From positions 1-23,924 of the forward strand of contig JAZAHK010000042.1 in the NCBI GenBank assembly GCA_036231405.1: 23,924 nucleotides of DNA, in the 5' to 3' direction. Each line of letters opens with the position of its first letter. The first letter of the stretch is position 1. A program made the translations under genes and the position numbers. The notes beneath the pieces are model-generated. The model was not told the origin of the DNA. It saw only the letters and a program-made list of their open reading frames with translations, and ran no database searches. Of this stretch, positions 19,672-23,924 are shown piece after piece. Source of the stretch: Nitrospinota bacterium. Lineage in GTDB: Bacteria; UBA8248.

Positions 19672-19748
19672 TGGTGGCGATGGGAGGACTCGAACCTCCG
19701 ACCCCACGGATATGAGCCGTGTGCTCTGACCAGCTGAGCTACATCGCC
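19672..19748 (-). tRNA. tRNA with CAT anticodon, most likely elongator tRNA-Met
   Basis: GGCGATGTAGCTCAGCTGGTCAGAGCACACGGCTCATATCCGTGGGGTCGGAGGTTCGAGTCCTCCCATCGCCACCA (77 nt). Acceptor stem GGCGATG/CATCGCC, anticodon arm CACGG-CTCATAT-CCGTG, TTCGA T-loop, encoded CCA. Confidence 0.96.
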
Positions 19749-19756
19749 ATAAATTT

Positions 19757-19912
19757 CTAGGGAGAAACTTTTGACCTGAAAATGGAAAAAACAAAAACAG
19801 CGGCGATAAGATAAAAGAAAAACTCGTAGCCGATATTATCCATCTTCAAGGCAATTAAATAGGACATATATCCCAAAATAGCTAAAATTAAAATCTCTAT
19901 TTCTCTTCGCAT
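19757..19912 (-). CDS. Putative 51-aa small membrane protein with two TM helices
   Basis: Manual translation: MRREIEILILAILGYMSYLIALKMDNIGYEFFFYLIAAVFVFSIFRSKVSP*. AAGGA lies 10 nt upstream of the ATG. Below the ORF-track size cutoff. Confidence 0.5.
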   Translation of the reverse strand: MRREIEILILAILGYMSYLIALKMDNIGYEFFFYLIAAVFVFSIFRSKVSP

Positions 19913-20008
19913 AACTTTCTATTCCTTGTTGCAAAATTAAAAATCTAAATAAACTAGAATAATTAGTATCAAATTAATGAAAAATGAACAATTGTACTTA
20001 ATTCATAA

Positions 20009-21724
20009 TTACAAGGTTGTTTTAGCAGAAATTAGATCTTTAATATATTTAGCAAGTTTCTCTAATTCCACAAATTGAACTTCTCCAGTTTTCCTAGATT
20101 TAATTTCAACTTTTTTTTCAAGCAAACCTTTTTTACCTATAATAATATTGAAAGGAAAACCTATTAAATCTGAATCGAAAAATTTCACACCTGGTCTCTC
20201 GTTCCTGTCATCTAAAACGCAATCTATCTGCAATTCGTTTTTCAATTCTTCATATATCTTTTCAGAAGTTTCCACGCAATTGGAGTCATCCATATTCATT
20301 GGAATAATATCAATTACATATGGTGCCAATGGCAAAGGCCAAATAATTCCGTTTTCATCATGATTTTGTTCGATTGCAGCAGCAACGGTTCTACCGATTC
20401 CAATTCCATAACATCCCATGATAATAGGCTTTGTTTTTCCATTTTCATCCAAATAATTGGCATCAAAACTATCAGAATATTTTGTCCCAAGTTTGAAGAC
20501 ATGACCTACTTCAATTCCTCTTTGCAAAGAAAGGTTAGAATTACATGAAGGACACGTATCTCCATCTTCAACATAAAGTAAATCTTCAAAAGCATCGCAA
20601 TGAAAGTCCTTATTTTCTTGAACATTTATGTGGTGATAGTCTGTCTCATTAGCACCTACAATTAAATTCTTTCTGCCTTTTATTGAATTGTCTGCAACTA
20701 TCGATACATCTTTTAAACCTACTGGTCCAGCAAATCCAACTTTTGCATTTGTCAATTCTTCTACTAAAGTTGCAGAAGCAAGAGCCAATCCGGTTTCATT
20801 TGTTACATTTGCTAATTTTACTTCATTCAACCTTCTATTACCTGGAACAATGATTGCATAATTATTTTTTTGTCCTTTATAAATAAGTGTTTTCAAAACA
20901 CTACTTTTTGAAACTTTCAACAAATTTACAATATCATCTACCGTATGAGCATCAGGAGTATGCACCTTATCTACAACACCATTGGATTCTTTATCGTTAA
21001 AATTTAAAGAAACTGGGGTTTTCTCAACATTTGAAGTATATCCACAGGAGTCGCATCTAGAGATCTCTTCCTCTCCAGAATTTGCCAAAACCACGAATTC
21101 ATGAGAGAAACTTCCACCTATTGCGCCTGAATCTGCTTCTACGGCAGAAAAATTTAAACCACAACCCTGAAAAATTCGCTCATATGCAGAAACCATGTCT
21201 TCATAACTTTTTGATGCATTCTCATCGTTAACATCAAAGCTATAACCGTCCTTCATAACAAATTCACGGCCTCTCATAAGACCAAATCTAGGCCTTATTT
21301 CGTCCCTGAATTTTGTCTGTATCTGGTAAAGATTTAAAGGCAAATCTCTATAGCTTCTAACTTCATTTGCCACAAGATTTGTAATAACTTCTTCATGCGT
21401 AGGACCTAAACAAAAGTCTCTGTCATGTCTATCTTTAACACGAATAAGTTCTTTGCCATAGACATCCCATCTGCCTGTTTTTTTCCACAATTCTGATGGA
21501 CTTAAAGTTGGCATAAGAACTTCCTGCGCATTTGATTTGTTTAATTCACGCCGGCATATTTCTTCCACTTTCTTATGTACTTTCACACCAAGTGGCAAAA
21601 GGGTATAAATTCCAGAAGAAACTCTTCTAATCAATCCAGCACGGACCATTAATTTATGACTTGCAATTTCTGCATCTGATGGTGCATCTCTGAGAGTTGG
21701 AAAAAAACCAAGAGTAAATCGCAT
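20009..21724 (-). CDS. proS: Proline--tRNA ligase (bacterial type, with INS editing domain)
   Basis: SHKLMVRAG, LGPTHEE, QIQTKFRDEIRPRFGLMRGREF, GIEVGHVFKLGTKYS, MGCYGIG and DDRNERPGVKF. Confidence 0.98.
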   Translation of the reverse strand: MRFTLGFFPTLRDAPSDAEIASHKLMVRAGLIRRVSSGIYTLLPLGVKVHKKVEEICRRELNKSNAQEVLMPTLSPSELWKKTGRWDVYGKELIRVKDRHDRDFCLGPTHEEVITNLVANEVRSYRDLPLNLYQIQTKFRDEIRPRFGLMRGREFVMKDGYSFDVNDENASKSYEDMVSAYERIFQGCGLNFSAVEADSGAIGGSFSHEFVVLANSGEEEISRCDSCGYTSNVEKTPVSLNFNDKESNGVVDKVHTPDAHTVDDIVNLLKVSKSSVLKTLIYKGQKNNYAIIVPGNRRLNEVKLANVTNETGLALASATLVEELTNAKVGFAGPVGLKDVSIVADNSIKGRKNLIVGANETDYHHINVQENKDFHCDAFEDLLYVEDGDTCPSCNSNLSLQRGIEVGHVFKLGTKYSDSFDANYLDENGKTKPIIMGCYGIGIGRTVAAAIEQNHDENGIIWPLPLAPYVIDIIPMNMDDSNCVETSEKIYEELKNELQIDCVLDDRNERPGVKFFDSDLIGFPFNIIIGKKGLLEKKVEIKSRKTGEVQFVELEKLAKYIKDLISAKTTL

Positions 21725-21739
21725 TTTTTGAAGATTTTC

Positions 21740-22963
21740 CTATTTTAAATTTTCGGTATTGTATTTCTTTGCAAGTGCCTCAACTTTTTCCACTAGCACA
21801 TTCTTAATATCAGAATATTCGACCAAACCGTCTTTCTCCCCTTTTGAAAAAATCAGAGCTCTCTTATGACCTCCTGCTACTCCTATATCTGCATCCCTAG
21901 CTTCTCCTGGACCATTAACTTCACATCCCATAACTGCAACTGTAATAGGCTCTTTAATATGTGCTAACTCCTTTTCTACTTCGGAGGTTAATTTATCAAC
22001 ATCTATTTGAACTCTACCGCATGATGGACATGCAATAACATTCACTCCCTTGCGTCTTAACCTTAGACTTTTTAAAATTTCGAATGCCACTCTTATCTCT
22101 TCTGTTGGATCAGCGGCCAGAGAAACTCTCACAGTATCTCCAATACCTTCTGAAAGTAACAAACCTAATCCTACTGATGACTTTACACTTCCAGTAGCAA
22201 GACTGCCGCTTTCTGTAATACCCAGATGAAATGGATAATCTACTTTAGTAGCCATTAATCTATATGCTTGTACTGTTTTCATAACATCAGAAGCTTTAAG
22301 AGATATTTTAGTATTATAGAAATCACGTTTTTCTAACATAGCAACATGTCTTAACCCACTCTCTACCATTGCCTCAGGAGTGGAACCACCATATTTATCC
22401 AATAGATGTTTTTCTAAAGAACCAGCATTTACTCCTATTCTGATAGAAAGACCGTGGTCTTTCGCTGCTGCAACTACTTCAGTAACCCTATCTTCGCCAT
22501 TTATATTACCTGGGTTGATTCTCAAACAGTCTACTCCTGCTTCCGCAGCCATAATTGCGAGACGGTAATCAAAATGAATATCTGCTACCAATGGTGTTTT
22601 TGTCTCTTTTCTTATTTCTTTTAATCCCTCTACTGACTTTTCATCTGGAACAGCTACTCTTATTATTTCACAACCAGCATCCTCTAACGACTGAATCTGT
22701 TTGACGGTAGCCTTCACATCATATGTAAAAGTGTTGCACATTGATTGTACTGATATTGGAGAATTTCCACCAATAATTACGTTGCCAACATTTACTTCAA
22801 TGGTTTTTCTTCTTTTTATAATTGGTTCGTCAATATTAATGCATTTATCAGGTGGATCCATAGGATTTTCTAATATATTTAAACTCAATTTTTCCGCACC
22901 GTTTCGATTCACTTTTTTTTGAGTCTGGAAAACATCATCTGTAAATGGCTCAAACATTTCCAT
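21740..22963 (-). CDS. ispG: 4-hydroxy-3-methylbut-2-en-1-yl diphosphate synthase (flavodoxin)
   Basis: PISVQSM, VADIHF, RINPGN, RIGVNAGSL, HLGITE, GIGDTVRVSL, CPSCGR and MGCEVNGPGE. The likely start is ATG at 22957 (AGGA RBS). Confidence 0.97.
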   Translation of the reverse strand: MEMFEPFTDDVFQTQKKVNRNGAEKLSLNILENPMDPPDKCINIDEPIIKRRKTIEVNVGNVIIGGNSPISVQSMCNTFTYDVKATVKQIQSLEDAGCEIIRVAVPDEKSVEGLKEIRKETKTPLVADIHFDYRLAIMAAEAGVDCLRINPGNINGEDRVTEVVAAAKDHGLSIRIGVNAGSLEKHLLDKYGGSTPEAMVESGLRHVAMLEKRDFYNTKISLKASDVMKTVQAYRLMATKVDYPFHLGITESGSLATGSVKSSVGLGLLLSEGIGDTVRVSLAADPTEEIRVAFEILKSLRLRRKGVNVIACPSCGRVQIDVDKLTSEVEKELAHIKEPITVAVMGCEVNGPGEARDADIGVAGGHKRALIFSKGEKDGLVEYSDIKNVLVEKVEALAKKYNTENLK

Positions 22964-22980
22964 TCCTAAAGGGATAAATG

Positions 22981-23924
22981 TTATTTATTTTTACGAATTT
23001 TTACTTGTTTATTTTCGCTACCAAAAAAATAATAAACACTATCTTTGTAAGTTGCGAATATCATTAATGAAATCAAAAGAAATAAACCAATTTGAGATAA
23101 CATTTCTCTGGTTTTAATACTAACAGGTTTTCCTTTTAGTGATTCTAAAATGAGAAACACTATATGACCACCATCTAAAATAGGTATTGGGAGAAGATTT
23201 AAAATTGCAAGATTTACACTGAGCAATATTGTAAACCATATTAAATAACTTAATCCCCTGTTCGCTTGTTCTTTTGCCATTACTGATATACGAATTGGTC
23301 CACCAATATCTGCTGGGATAGAGCGAGTTAGCATCCCATAGAGTGAATACACAGTCATTTGAATAATAGTTATGTTCTGAGAAAAACTCTTTCCTAAAGA
23401 CTCTATAAAACCATACCTCATCATTACAGAACCTGGACCACTTCTAATTCCAATCATTGGTCTTTGCAACTTGGATCCATCCGGAGAAACTAGCGTAGGT
23501 GTAACTTTAAGGGCTACTATTTTCTTGCCTCTTCTTACTTTAATATTTAATTCTTTTCCTGGATTTCTTATCACAGTTCTGACTAATTCAGACCATTTGC
23601 TGATTTTCTTTTGATTGATTCCTATGATCACATCATTCTTTTTTATTTTAGCTATTTCTGCGGGAGAACCTTTCATCACATTTCCAACATTAGTTCCCGC
23701 TACGGGAAAACCAAAGAAATGTAGTCCCCAGCTTAGTAAAATAGCAAAGATTATATTAAAAAATGGGCCTGCAAATACCACAAAAAATCTTTGATGTACT
23801 GGCCTAGAAAAAAACATTTTTTCAGAGTTATATTCCTTTTCATTTTCTTTTAATTCATCATTTGCAGGTAGACTTTCTCCCATCAATTTTACGTATCCGC
23901 CCAGAGGAATCATGGATATTCGAT
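22981..23924 (-). CDS. rseP: RIP metalloprotease RseP with PDZ domain; 5' end lies outside the window
   Basis: RISMIPLGGYVK, FAGPFFN, PDZ motif GSPAEIA and NLLPIPILDGGH. The frame stays open to the window end, and the HEXXH motif is upstream of the window. Confidence 0.95.
   Translation of the reverse strand, partial: RISMIPLGGYVKLMGESLPANDELKENEKEYNSEKMFFSRPVHQRFFVVFAGPFFNIIFAILLSWGLHFFGFPVAGTNVGNVMKGSPAEIAKIKKNDVIIGINQKKISKWSELVRTVIRNPGKELNIKVRRGKKIVALKVTPTLVSPDGSKLQRPMIGIRSGPGSVMMRYGFIESLGKSFSQNITIIQMTVYSLYGMLTRSIPADIGGPIRISVMAKEQANRGLSYLIWFTILLSVNLAILNLLPIPILDGGHIVFLILESLKGKPVSIKTREMLSQIGLFLLISLMIFATYKDSVYYFFGSENKQVKIRKNK

Overview
AT-rich bacterial chromosomal segment from a Gram-negative organism. 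The gene order resembles Desulfobacterota/Nitrospinota-type genomes; this is an inference. Most of it is a minus-strand housekeeping backbone: rseP (partial)-ispG-proS-tRNA-Met(CAT) ... tilS-ftsH ... pdxJ-nnr-tsaE-lptC-lptA-lptB-metK-ahcY, followed by a secreted protein cut by the window edge. Two accessory inserts interrupt it. One is a plus-strand Mer/luciferase-like oxidoreductase between ftsH and pdxJ. The other is a ~7.2 kb mosaic block at the 3' end of tRNA-Met, holding an Fbp/Pot-family ABC importer with two different ATPases, a high-GC NMT1/THI5-like protein with no signal peptide, and a SAM-methyltransferase-like gene. Points not shown by the ORF track: (i) ftsH is one reading frame broken by a single in-frame TAA, with several further changes at normally invariant residues; (ii) a 51-codon two-TM small ORF fills the proS-tRNA gap; (iii) several normally intervening gene blocks are missing, suggesting streamlining. 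No CRISPR array, integrase or transposase was seen, and I cannot confirm a wholly new system. The island is the best candidate.
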